A DNA stretch of 64,000 nucleotides from Squalus acanthias (taxonomy: Eukaryota). The number at the start of each line of letters is the position of its first letter. The first letter of the stretch is position 1. The stretch is from contig CM059432.1 of assembly GCA_030390025.1 (NCBI GenBank), positions 102,240,001 to 102,304,000 on the forward strand, given 5' to 3'. The position numbers were made by a program, and so were the translations under genes. Positions 24,111-35,149 of this stretch are shown piece by piece. Below the pieces are notes generated by a model. That model did not search any database. It saw only the letters and a list, made by a program, of their open reading frames with translations, and was not told the DNA's origin.

Positions 24111-25664
24111 GCTGGTGGATCTTGATAACAGGATCCTCCTGCTCCTCCTCCTTGTCTTCCAGCTGATGACCCTCATCCTCCTCCTGCTCTTCCTCTGAAG
24201 AGACAGTGCGCTCAGAGCCTTGCTCCTCATGCAGCGCTAATCCTCACTGCTGCGCTATGTTGTGCAGCACGCAGCAGACGATGACGATTCTGGAGACCCT
24301 GGCTGGTGCGTACTGAAGGGCTCCTCCAGATCTGTCAAGGCATCTGAAGCACATTTTACGCATGCCTATTGTCTGCTCTATGACACATCTGGTGGAGTTG
24401 TGGCTTTCATTATATCTCTCCTCGGCCTTAGTACTTGGCCTCCTCAAGTGTGCCATGAGCCACATCTTCAGTGGATAGCCCTTGTCTCCAAGCAGCCAGC
24501 TGGAAAGTCTGTTTGGAGGTGTGAAGAGCTGAGGGAGGCTGGACTGGCGCAGGATGAAAGAGTCATGACAGCTGCCTGGAAATTTGGCGCACACATGCAT
24601 GATGATTTTCATATGGTTGCACATTGAGGAAGTGGAAGCCCTTGTGGTTGACAAAGACTCCTGGGTGATGATGGGGTGCCCTGATGACCACATCTGTGCA
24701 ATTGATGATGCCCTGCACCCGTAGGAAGCCAGCCAGAGCGGCAAAGCCGAGCGCCCGCTCAATAACACTGGCGTCATCAGTGGCAAAGTTGATATAATTG
24801 GCTGACATGTCAAACAGGGCATTGGTGACCTGTGTGAAGCATCTGTGGGCGGCCGACTACGAGATGCCACAAATGGCTGCTGCAGATCTCTGGAAGGAGC
24901 CTGAGGTGAAGAAGTTGAGGGCGGTGGTGATTTTGACTGCCACTGGTAAGGTGTGTCCACCCATTCCTCTGGGCTGCAGGTCTTGCTCCAGCAATGTGCG
25001 AATGTCTGCAATGACCTGGCACGATAGCCTGAGCCTCTTTTGGCACTGCTGCTCAGTCATGTTGAGGAAGCTCATCCTCTGCCTGTATACCCTGTGTTGG
25101 GGATGTCGCCTCCAGCGCGGTGCAGCCCTATGCTGATGCCCTCTGTCCTGTGGAGCATCAGGTCGTTGAGGAGAAGGTTGTTGGTGGTGTTGTTGTTGCT
25201 GCTGCTGGTGTGCCTGGTGCTGCTGGTGTTGGGGCTCATCGTGGTCCGATTCTGAGGACCAAGGCGAGAAAGTATAAACGGCACCCATGCTGATGTAATA
25301 GATGGCAGGCCAAGTAGAGATGAGAGAATCAATCTGTCAATGGTGTGATAGGTTGTAGCAATGAAGTGGCAGTGGTTCCCGAATTTGCTGAAAACACTTC
25401 CAACCTCTAGAAACCTAAATCTGTGCTGACAATGCACTCAGCAAGTGCATCTGCCTTAAGAAAGTAACCAGGTGTCAGGTGCGAGTATTTATTGTGCTTT
25501 CCATGCTGTGCAGTACTGAGTTCCATCAATGGCCACTGAACTTCTGCCTCAGGTTCACAGACGTGGTTCTCGAGCTGCGAGATTCCCGTGGTCATGCAAT
25601 GAAATTCCAAAAAGTTAAAAGGACGCTTAAGGGTCTGAAAAGAACCTAATAATTATCTAAATTA

Positions 25665-25827
25665 CAAAAGCAAAATACTGCGGATGCTGGAAATCTGAAA
25701 CAACAACAGAAAATGCTGGAAACACTCAGAACTGTTCTGACGCAGGGTCTCAGACCTGAAACATTAACTCTGTTTTTCTCTCTCCACGGTTGCTGCCTGA
25801 CCTGCTGAGTGTTTCCAGCATTTTCTG
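25665..25827. mobile_element. Short Penelope-like element (inverted pLTR pieces) with a degenerate minimal hammerhead core
   Basis: 15-bp TSD TAATTATCTAAATTA (25650-25664 and 25828-25842). Perfect 24-bp inverted repeat at 25706-25729 / 25805-25828. Core CTGACGC-AGGGTCTCAGACCT-GAAAC-ATTA at 25737-25766. Confidence 0.8.
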
Positions 25828-26304
25828 TAATTATCTAAATTAGGTTGGCTGCCTCAGCTGTTCGGGTCGCAGCCGCGCTGGCAAACGTACCCGAGTAAAA
25901 GGCGCGAGATGGGGGGACGATGGCGGGTTCCTGACCCGCTCTGATTTATTTCAACTTCCACTCCCAACCGCCTCCAATTCCGCATGCACGGCAGCCAGAA
26001 AATTCCGGCCATAGTCTCTGCTTCAATCACTAACTCCAGTAATGCATTCGAAAGCCTCACAACTCTAAAAATGTTTCTCCGGCTCTAGGTCCTAAATCTC
26101 TTACATTTAATCTTATATCCATGACCCCTCTACCACTGAAAACAGTGCATTTCTATCTATCCTATACCATCCATTCATATATTTTTTTAAAACACCTCGA
26201 TCAAATTACTCCACAAACTCTTCTGTTCTAATGAAAATAGTCCCAATTTTTATATTTTCTCATACCAGGCAATCCTAATGAATTGATTCTGTACCTTCTG
26301 TTTC

Positions 26305-27620
26305 TACTCTCAATCATCAGCAAAGTGATGGAAGGTGTCATCGACAGTGCTATCAAGCGGCACTTACTCACCAATAACCTGCTCAATGATGCTCAGTTTG
26401 GGTTCCACCAGGACCACTCGGCTACAGACGTCATTACAGCCTTGACCAAACATGGACAAAGGAGCTGAATTCCAGAGGTGAGGTGAGAGTGACTGCCCTT
26501 GACATCAAGGCAGCATTTGACCGAGTATGGCTTCAAGGAGCCCTAGAAAAATTGCATTCGATGCGAATTGGGGGAAAACTCTCCACTGGCTGGAGTCATA
26601 CCTAACACAAAGGAAGATGGTTGTGGTTGTTGGAGGCTATTCATCTCAGCCCCAGGATATTGCTGCAGGAGTTCCTCAGGGCAGTGTCCTAGGCCCAACC
26701 ATCTTCAGCTGCTTCGTGGGGATGTTCGCTGATGACTGCACAGTGTTCAGTTCCATTGGCACCTCCTCAGATAATGAAGCAGTCCATGCCTGCATGCAAC
26801 AAGACCTGGATAACACCCAGGCTTGGGCTAATAAGTGGCAAGTAACATTCACGCCACACAAGTGCCAGGCAATGACTATCTCCAACAAGAGTCTAACCAC
26901 CGCCCCTTGACATTCAACGGCATTACCATCGCCGAATCCCCCACCATCAACATCCTGGGGGTCACCATTGACCAGAAACTTAATTGGAACAGCCACATAA
27001 ATACTGTGGCTACAAGAGCAGGTCAGAGGCTGGGTATCCTGCAGCGAGTGTCTCACCTCTTGTCTCCCCAGAGCCTTTCCACCATCTACAAGGCAGAAGT
27101 CAGGAGTGTGATGGAATACTCTCCACTTGCCTGGATGAGTGCAGCTCCAACAACACTCAAGAAGCTCGACACCATCCAGGACAAAGCAGTCCATTTGATT
27201 GGCACCCCATCCACCACTTTAAACATTCACTCCCTCCACCACCGGCGCACCGTGGCTGCAGTGTGTACCATCTACAAGATGCACTGCAGCAACTCATCAA
27301 GGCTTCTTCGACAGCACCTCCCAAATCCGCGACCTCTACCATCTAGAAGGACAAGGGCAGCAGGCTCATGGGAATACCATCACCTGCAAGTTCCCCTCCA
27401 AGTCACGCACCATCCTGACTTGGAAATATATCGCTGTTCCTTCATAGTCGCTGGGTCAAAATCCTGGAACTCCCTCCCTAACAGCACTATGGGAGTACTT
27501 TCTTCACATGGACTGCAGAGGTTCAAGAAGGCGGCTCACCACCACCTTCTCAAGAGCAACTAGGGATGGGCAATTAATGCTGGCCTTGCCAGCGATGTGC
27601 ACATCACAGGAACGAATTAC
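26305..27620 (+). mobile_element. Second copy of the CR1-group (Crack/Daphne-like) LINE, frameshifted
   Basis: SIISKVMEGVI...QFGFHQDHS, GVPQGSVLGP and MFADDC. Highly similar to 15112-16330, including the tail. Confidence 0.9.
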
Positions 27621-27747
27621 TAAAAACCTTCTTTATTGCCTCAACATCCTATAGTATGTAGACCAAAACTGCATATAGTACTCCAACTGTGGTCTTACTA
27701 AGGTTTTTTATATATTCACTATTTTATCCTTGACTTTTATACACTAT

Positions 27748-28503
27748 GGGCTAGAAATTCCGTAGCGCCCCGTTTGGGGCGATAACTTTTGAAATCTCGG
27801 AAAAGTATCGCCAGGCGATAATCATTTTCTGGTCCCCGGAAATTGAGCTTTAGCGCTCCAAGATGAAAGTGGAGCACTAAATCAAGCGCTAACCACTTCT
27901 CTTAGGGCCCTAAAGTACGAGAGCGGGGTGGTAGCGGCAGAGCGCTGAACAATGTGGAGTGCAAAGATACCGGCATCGGAGGCTGCTTCCCTCGCTTAAA
28001 GGGAAGGGCCAATGATGGTGCACAAGATACTTCTGCTCAGTTCTGTGTTGCCAGGTGACCTGCATGACTGCCATTACAGCCCCAAACACTGTCAGAGAGT
28101 GGAGGGCTTGGACATCTCGCAGCAACAAAGCATCGAAAACTTTCAGCCGGTGTCAGACTGGGGCAAAGAATAAAATTTGGCCTACCTGAAAACCACTGCC
28201 TTTAATTAACGCTCCCTAAGCGGCCAACCGAGGTGACAACGCCTCCTCTTCCTGCCGTTACTGACACCCGGTGATACAGCAGGGGACGGGAGGCAATTTC
28301 ACATCCGGGGCGGTAACGAGGCGCTGTGCACTTTATGATGTCACGATCTGCGAGGCGCTAGAGGCCCAGGCGGTAAGAGTAAACCAGCTGGGAAGTTCGC
28401 GGGCGTTGCAGAATTCGCCGCACCCGGTCGCTAACCCCTTAGTGCCCCGTTACCGCCCCCCCAGGCGCTAACGGGAGGCGCGAAGCAGCCAAATTTCTCC
28501 CCC
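27748..28503. mobile_element. Harbinger-type MITE family A
   Basis: TIRs GGGCTAGAAATT and AATTTCTCCCCC. 3-bp TSD TAT. Confidence 0.85.
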
Positions 28504-29396
28504 TATACCTCTTATCATAAAACCCAGAAACCATCAGCCTTTTTTATGGCCTGATCCATTTGAGGTACTTATGTCTTATGAACTCGAACCTCCATATCCC
28601 TCTGCTCATCCATATCAATGAGCCTTTCCTCAAAGTATAATACTTTTTTAAAACCAAGATATACTTACTGCATTCCACCGGCCACTTTTTCTGCCCATTC
28701 CACCATGTTATCAATATGCCCGTGCATATCTTTTGGTCTCCAGAATTATTTACTTTGTCTGCTGCTTTAGTATAATTTACAAATTTGGCACCATTCCCTC
28801 TCGCCCTATATCCAAATTATTAATGTACACAAAGGACAAATCATGAAACATACAGCTGACATGGTATAGTCTATACCATATTTGACATGATAAAAGACAC
28901 AAGGTGATCCTGTCTCCCAATGGGTATTTGCATGAATGAGAAGCAGGAGCATATATCAGAGATCGGGCTCCAAACTGTAGTCCTTTGGTTTCCTGACCAC
29001 TGCTCTCTCCAATCGCAGTTACCCTCTGGAATGCAGGATCACTGAATCACCCCGATAATTCCAGAAGCTTTACAACAACCATAGTCCACATTGCAGTTGC
29101 AAATTGGGACTCATCTGCAACACTCAAAATGAAATGCGAATGAAATGCTGACCCGGCAACAAAAAGACAAGACAAAGTACTGATAAATACAAAGCTTATA
29201 TTCTGAATGAGATAGAAAACTAACATAGCAAGTTAAAGAGATTTTATAATAATAGTGAAGTTACATCAATCACAACTTCTGTCATAAGTCTACAAATATT
29301 AGTCCTTTAATACAGTGAAGTGTATTACTACATGGAAAGCCTATTAGTCTGATGCAGAAGGTTGTGCTTTTAAGCACCATCCCAAGATCAGAGCAC

Positions 29397-29985
29397 ACAA
29401 CAACAACAACAACTTGCAGTTATATAGTGCCTTTACATAGTAAAACGCCCCAAGGCACTTCACAGGAGCGTTATCAAACAATATTTGACACCAAGCCACA
29501 TAAGGTGATATTTGGGCAGATGACCAAAAGCTTGGTCAAAGAGACAGGTTTTAAGGAGAGTCTTGAAGGAGAAAAGAGAGGTAGCGAGGCAGAGACGTTT
29601 AGAGAGGGAATTCCAGAGCTTGGGGCCTCAGCAGCTGAAGGCACGGCCGCCAATGGTGGAGCGATTAAAAGCAAAGATGCACAAGAGGCCAGAATTGGAG
29701 GAGCACAGATAATTTGGAGGGTTGTAGGGCTGGAGGAGGTTACAGAGATAGGGAGGGGCGAAGCCATGGAGGGATTTGAAAACAAGGATAAGAATTTTAA
29801 ATCAAGGTGTTGCTCAACCGGGAGACAATGTAGGTCAGCGAGCACAGGAGTGATGGGTGAACAGGACTTGGTGTGAGTTAGGATATAGGCAGAAGAGTTT
29901 TGGATGAGCTCAAGCTTATGGAGGGTGGAAGTTGGCAGTCCAGCCAGGAGTGCATTGGAATAGTCAAGTCTAGAGGTAACAAATC
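29397..29985 (-). mobile_element. L2 LINE 3' fragment
   Basis: Minus-strand [17 protein letters not shown]...LELIQNS...[13 protein letters not shown], with a (TTG)n tail. Confidence 0.88.
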
Positions 29986-30149
29986 CTGGCTGACTGCAGT
30001 GCAATACTGAAAGAGCTCTGTATTATCAGAGGTACCGTCTTTTGGCTATCACATTAAGCCAAGGCCTCATTTACCTTTCACTTAAATATGCAAAATAATA
30101 CCTAAAACATATCGTGGAGAAATGTGGGCATCACTGAGGCAGAGATCAT

Positions 30150-31793
30150 GGCCCAGAAATTAAAGACTGAGGGGGAAAAATTCAGTCGCGCCCCGTTTGG
30201 GGCGCAAATATCGTCCGGGCGCAAAGATTAGCGCCTGGCGCTAATTATCGCCACTGACTGGAAACTTCACTTTTAATGCCCCGGGAGGTGATTGGAGCGC
30301 TAAATCAGGCGCTGCACACCTGTCTTAAGGCGCAAAGGCCGAGGAGTGAGACGCTAACTCAGAGCGCTGGCGAAGCTCATGTAATGTCAGTCAACAATGG
30401 AACACACACACAATGGCACGGGCCAGTTCTTAAAGGGGATGGTTGATCTTGCTTTCCATCCACATCCTGCTCATTGCAGCCTTGAATCTCGGCCTGGAGA
30501 GACCTGCACATCAAATCTGCTGGAAAGAATAATGGAGAGTACCAGGCAAAGAGCTCAGAGTGCAGCCCCCACAATCTCTTCTAAATCGATACAAGGAATG
30601 GCAAATCAAAATGAACCTGCAAAGTGCTGCTCAGTACCCAAAACTCCTTCACACAACGTTGAATCTCTCCAGAAGTCTCTCTCTCTCTCTCTCTCTCTCA
30701 GAATGCGTAGTTCAAAAATGGCACCAACAATAAAAGGCAGGAAGCGGTCACCTTTAAATAGCGCTCCCCCTTTCCCTTCATGACAGAAGAACGCTCCTAT
30801 CAACCTGTCGTTGCTAGCGTCAGGCGGTAAGGCAGGGGGCGCCACTCAATATCCGCTCCGGGGCGATACCGGGGCGTTGCACACTCGTCTGACATCACGA
30901 TCTGCCGGCGCAGGAGATCGTGGCGGTAGTGTTTAGCGCCACCGCAAAATGTCTAGTTAATTTCGCGAGCGGTGCAAACTTCGCCGCGCCCGGGCGCTAG
31001 CTGCTTTGCGCCCCATTAGCGCCCTCTTAAGGCGCTAACGGGAGGCGCAACCAACTGAATTTTTCCCCCTGTGTGTCGACGCGGGGGTAAGGCTTCCCCG
31101 CGATATCTCACTCCGCGCCTTCCTTTTTCATCCGGGCCCACACGAACTTTAGTTTCAAGGCTGCAGCTGTGCAGTGCTTGCGTGACCCAGAGACGGAGTT
31201 AGTTCGTGCGAGCTCTGGGATCACGTGATTCCGTTAGAGCCAATGGCAGCACACCATCTTTCATTCATCGTTTTGACAGGAAGACCTGTCAAAGCTATGA
31301 ATAATATACCCCCCCAAAAGAACAGCTAAACCTCAATTAAATTAAAAAAAAAAGCCATCACATCAATAAAATAAGTATAGTTAAATAAATTAACCACTTC
31401 AAACAAAAAATTAAATTTTTGAAAAAATTTAAAATCTTTTTAAAAGTTATAAAAATAGTTACCTTTCTTTAAAGTCTCTAAAAAAGATAAACCTGTTGAA
31501 AAATTTTAAAATAATACATAATTTACTACTTACCTTGTTAAAAGAGGGTCTTACGCTTCCTTTCTTTATGTGTAAAATCTTCCATGCTTACCTGCGCGTT
31601 CAAAGCACTAAGTGCACTGCATGCGCGCAGCCTGTAGCGCGCACGTGGTTCACCTAGGAACCGCCCCCTTTTGAATTCATGAAGTGCCGGTTTCCCGCGC
31701 ATGCGCAGTGCATGCTGGAAACCGGCAATTGGAGACCTAAAACGCGTGAGTACACAGTGCGTACTCTCGCGTATTAGGTCTAATTTTCGGGCC
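30150..31793. mobile_element. Harbinger-type MITE family B, with a family A MITE nested near its left end
   Basis: TIRs GGCCCAGAAATTA and TAATTTTCGGGCC. TSD CAT. Inverted homologue at 32200-32941. Confidence 0.85.
30171..31069. mobile_element. Harbinger-type MITE family A (nested)
   Basis: TIRs GGGGGAAAAATTCAGT and ACTGAATTTTTCCCCC. Flanks TGA/TGT. Closely similar to 40735-41611. Confidence 0.88.
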
Positions 31794-32199
31794 CATGAGA
31801 TAGGTACAGATAAAAGAGGCAATTCAATCCACTTTAGCTCACCCATTCAGAATTAAAAAATACCTTACATTCTTCCCCCTCCCAAACAGGTCATCTGTCT
31901 CTTCAATGGATCCAAAGTTTTTGAGCTGGAAGACCATTGCACGTTCTTCCTGACTTTAGAGCTAAATTATCCTTTCACTCATTTTAGCCTATGGCCCCTT
32001 GTTCTTATATCCTGGCAAAGCGTGAAGTAGTGCTCCTGACTTCCCTCATTAGTGCTGATTAATATCTTTATAAAGTCCAGCCGCAATCTCCTCCTTTCAC
32101 TGTAAAAAAGCCCCAGTTTTGTTTTCCATTTTTTCCCTTATAACAATCTTTTGACACTAGGGATCAACCTCAATAAAAACAGTAATTATTTGATTTATT

Positions 32200-32941
32200 G
32201 GCCCAAAAATTAGTGCCGCTACGCGAGAGTACGCACTGTATACTCTCGCGTATTCTGTCTCCAATTGCCGGTTTTCTGCATGCACTGCGCATGCGCTGAA
32301 AACCGGCACTTGGTGATTTCAAAAGGGGGCGGTGCCTAGGTGAACCGCGTGCGCGCTACAGGCTGCGCGCACGCAGTGCACTTAGTGCTTTGAACGCGCA
32401 GGTAAGCATGGAACATTTTAGACATAAAGAAAGGAGGCGTAAGACCCTCTTTTAACAAGGTAAGTAGTTAATTAAGTATTATTTTGAATTTTTTTTAACA
32501 GTTATATCTTTTTTAGAGACTTTAAAGACAGGTAAGTTTATTTTTATAACTTTTTAAAAGATTTTAAATTTTTTCAAAAATTTAATTTTTTGTTTAAAAT
32601 GGTTAATTTATTTAACTATACTTATTTTATTAATGTGATGGTTTTTTTTTTATTTAATTGAGGTTTAGCTGTTCTTTTGGGGGGGTATAGTATTCATAGC
32701 TTTCACAGCCGTGCTGTGAAAGCTATGAATGAAAGATGGTGTGCTGCCATTGGCTCTAACTGAGTCACGTGATCCCACAGCTCGCACGAATTAACTGCGC
32801 CTGTGGGATACGAAAGCCCTGCACAGCTGCTGTCCAGAACATCAAGTTCGTGCGAGCTGGGACTAAAAAAGCCAGCGCGCAGTGAGAGATCGCGGGGAAG
32901 CCTTACCCTCGCACGAAGGCTCACTCACTAATTTTTGGGCC
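32200..32941. mobile_element. Harbinger-type MITE family B
   Basis: Perfect 16-bp TIR GGCCCAAAAATTAGTG. Flanks ATT/AAT. Confidence 0.88.
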
Positions 32942-33896
32942 AATATATATCATCTTACACATAGAATGAAATCACATCAAAGTTTTTGTAATAACCCCCA
33001 ACATACACACACATAATTACCTTTTAATTCATCTTTAATCTTACTGTTTCTCTAGCAAATTCGGCTATTGTTTGGATGCAGAATGCCGTTATTTTGCTTT
33101 ATCTCCTTATATCAGTTAAAATATTCTGAGGTCAATCTCCACCCAACAATCTATCAAATTTCATCGCTTCCATTTAAAAGATTTTTAAATGAGAATAGGT
33201 TTATCTTAAAGGCTGCAACTTCTCTTCAGATTTCAGAATGTGTATGCAAACCAAACAGACAAGATATCAAAAAGTAGCACCGTAATGGTAGGATAATGTA
33301 CCTCCCAGAATTTCACAATAAAAAGTCTGCCTCCGAAATTAGTTCACTTAAAAATTAGCCTTGTATTTAGGATAATTTATTTAACGGGTACCATGAATAG
33401 AATTCTCAAACAGGGCAAAGTGGTTAACTGAAAAGCAAACTGCCAGTGATGCACTTACTCACCTTTGTATTGCAGAGACTTTGGCCCAATGTCACTCAGT
33501 CCCACTGTGCAATTCACACATACATCTTAAAACTAGTTAGGTTACATATATGCAATATGCAAACATTATTATTTCTTGTTGTATGATGTGAAGGAACCTA
33601 ATTAATTATACTTGTATCAGTGGAGAGCTGAACATTGTGATTAGATAAGGCTGATTAAATGTACAACTTGCCAACAGTGTACTGTTTCCATACCAAAAAG
33701 ATTCCCTGGGCACACACATGCCATTTCTTTTTCAATCAATATGAAGAAAGAACTTGCATCTATTTCATGACCGCAGGACATCCCAAAGTGTTCCACAGCC
33801 AATGAAGTAATTTTGATTTGTAGGTACTGATGTAATATAGGGAAAGTTCTTTTAAATTATAATCTGACATTTTCCTGGCGTTTTCTTATGGGTAAT

Positions 33897-34075
33897 GTTA
33901 GCCGTGTCAGTTGGCAGCACCCTCTGAGTCAGAAGGTTGTGGGTTCAAGTCCCACTCCAGAGACTTAAGCATAAAAATCTAGGCTGACACTCCAGTACAG
34001 TACTGAGGGAGTGCTGCACTGTCAGAGGTGCCATCTTTTGGATGAGACGTTAAACAGAGGTCCCGTCTGCTCTCT
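33897..34075 (+). mobile_element. Deu-domain SINE, 5' half
   Basis: Matches 12825-13010, including B-box GGTTCAAGTCC. Confidence 0.8.
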
Positions 34076-34134
34076 CTCTTTACAACCAATGAAGTACTTT
34101 TTGAAGTGTAGTCACTGTTGTAATGTTGGTGTTA

Positions 34135-34602
34135 ACACAATTTACCCATTATATATATTAATGACCTGGACTTGAGAATACAGGGCATAATTTCAAAGTT
34201 TGCAGATGACACAAAACTCGGAAATGTAGTAAACAGTGAGGAGGATAGTAACAGACTTCAGGAGGACATAGACAAGCTGGTGAAATGGCAGATTAAATTT
34301 AACCCAGAGAAGTGTGAAGTGATCCGTTTTGGTAATTTAAGGTAAGAACCAGAAGTGAGATGAGGAGAAGTTTTTTTATGCAGCGAGTTGTTGTGATCTG
34401 GAATGCAATGCCTGAAAGGGTGGTGGAAGCAGATTCAATAGTAACTTTCAAAAGAGAATTGGATAAATACTTGAAGGGGAAAATTTGCCGGGCTATGGGA
34501 GAAGGACAGGGAAGTGGGGCTGATTGGATAGCACTTTCAAAGAGCTGGCAGAGGCATAATGGGCCGAATACCCTCCTTCTGTGATGTATCATTCTATGAT
34601 TT
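34135..34602 (+). mobile_element. Internally deleted CR1 fragment
   Basis: ISKFADDTKL RT motif joined to RRSFFMQRVVVIWNAMPE and the CR1 3' UTR. Confidence 0.8.
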
Positions 34603-35149
34603 GATGATAAGCGGTGAATGGCAAAACTAATCTCCACTGCTGTGAAGCCTGTGGGATCTACTGGATTGGTGTTAGAAGGTGCTTCCACTCAGTTCCTGTA
34701 CTGACCTAGAGAAGTGACAACAGAAACTGCAAATCTGCCAGCAAAGAGAACATTGCTTGCATGACTGTAAAAGTTTTAAATACATCAGCTCACAAAGTTT
34801 TCAAATTAATTTGTAAAGAACGACAATTCATTATTAATTCTAATCCGTGATCATTTTACAGCTTCTGCTCAGAAATATAGTCAAGGGCCAGAGTAAACTG
34901 TTGGTGAGACACATGGCAGCACTGACACTTCCTGGAGTCCTCGCCAGGGAGAAACTAAACATCTCACATCGGTAAGTACTATACAGGGGACTAACGAGGT
35001 GCAAAGAACTATCCGAAATAGCTGATGTGCTCAATAGGTTATAAGCAGCCCTTTTGTAATTAACTCTTACGGAAGTGACAAATGGTTAGCACAATTTGCC
35101 TGATATAGGTGGCTGCCCGTGACAAGTGTGGACAGTGTAAGTGGTGGGG

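Larger units (their letters stand above)
18860..25288 (-). pseudogene. Harbinger DDE transposase (HARBI1-family), disabled and split by the ERV
   Basis: ATG at 25288. Motifs [26 protein letters not shown] (first catalytic D mutated), [28 protein letters not shown] and CCVLHN. Stops at 24857 and 24244 and a frameshift near 24625. The acidic tail resumes left of 18924. Confidence 0.9.
16440..26010 (+). mobile_element. Full-structure PIF/Harbinger DNA transposon (Myb gene plus transposase, convergent), carrying nested ERV and Penelope insertions
   Basis: TIRs GGCCGGAATTTT (16440) and AAAATTCCGGCC (26010). Myb/SANT ORF on +, DDE transposase on -. About 4.2 kb after removing the inserts. TSD unclear (TAA/ATA). 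Confidence 0.9.
26011..28830 (-). mobile_element. Old degraded CR1 fragments hosting a younger LINE and a MITE
   Basis: Antisense CR1-like words (e.g. GACCAAAACTGCATATAGTACTCCAACTGTGGTCTTACTAAGG, i.e. LVRPQLEYYMQFWS) occur in 26011-26300, 27630-27747 and 28504-28830. Confidence 0.55.

Noticed and set aside
16703..25288. Domesticated host genes HARBI1 / NAIF1
   Set aside because: Both ORFs lie inside TIRs, carry stops, frameshifts or a mutated catalytic residue, and have multi-copy derivatives nearby. They are transposon genes.
29352..29876. 174-aa plus-strand ORF and similar antisense ORFs (26676-27194, 49912-50484)
   Set aside because: These are shadow ORFs on the opposite strand of L2, CR1-like or integrase coding remnants.
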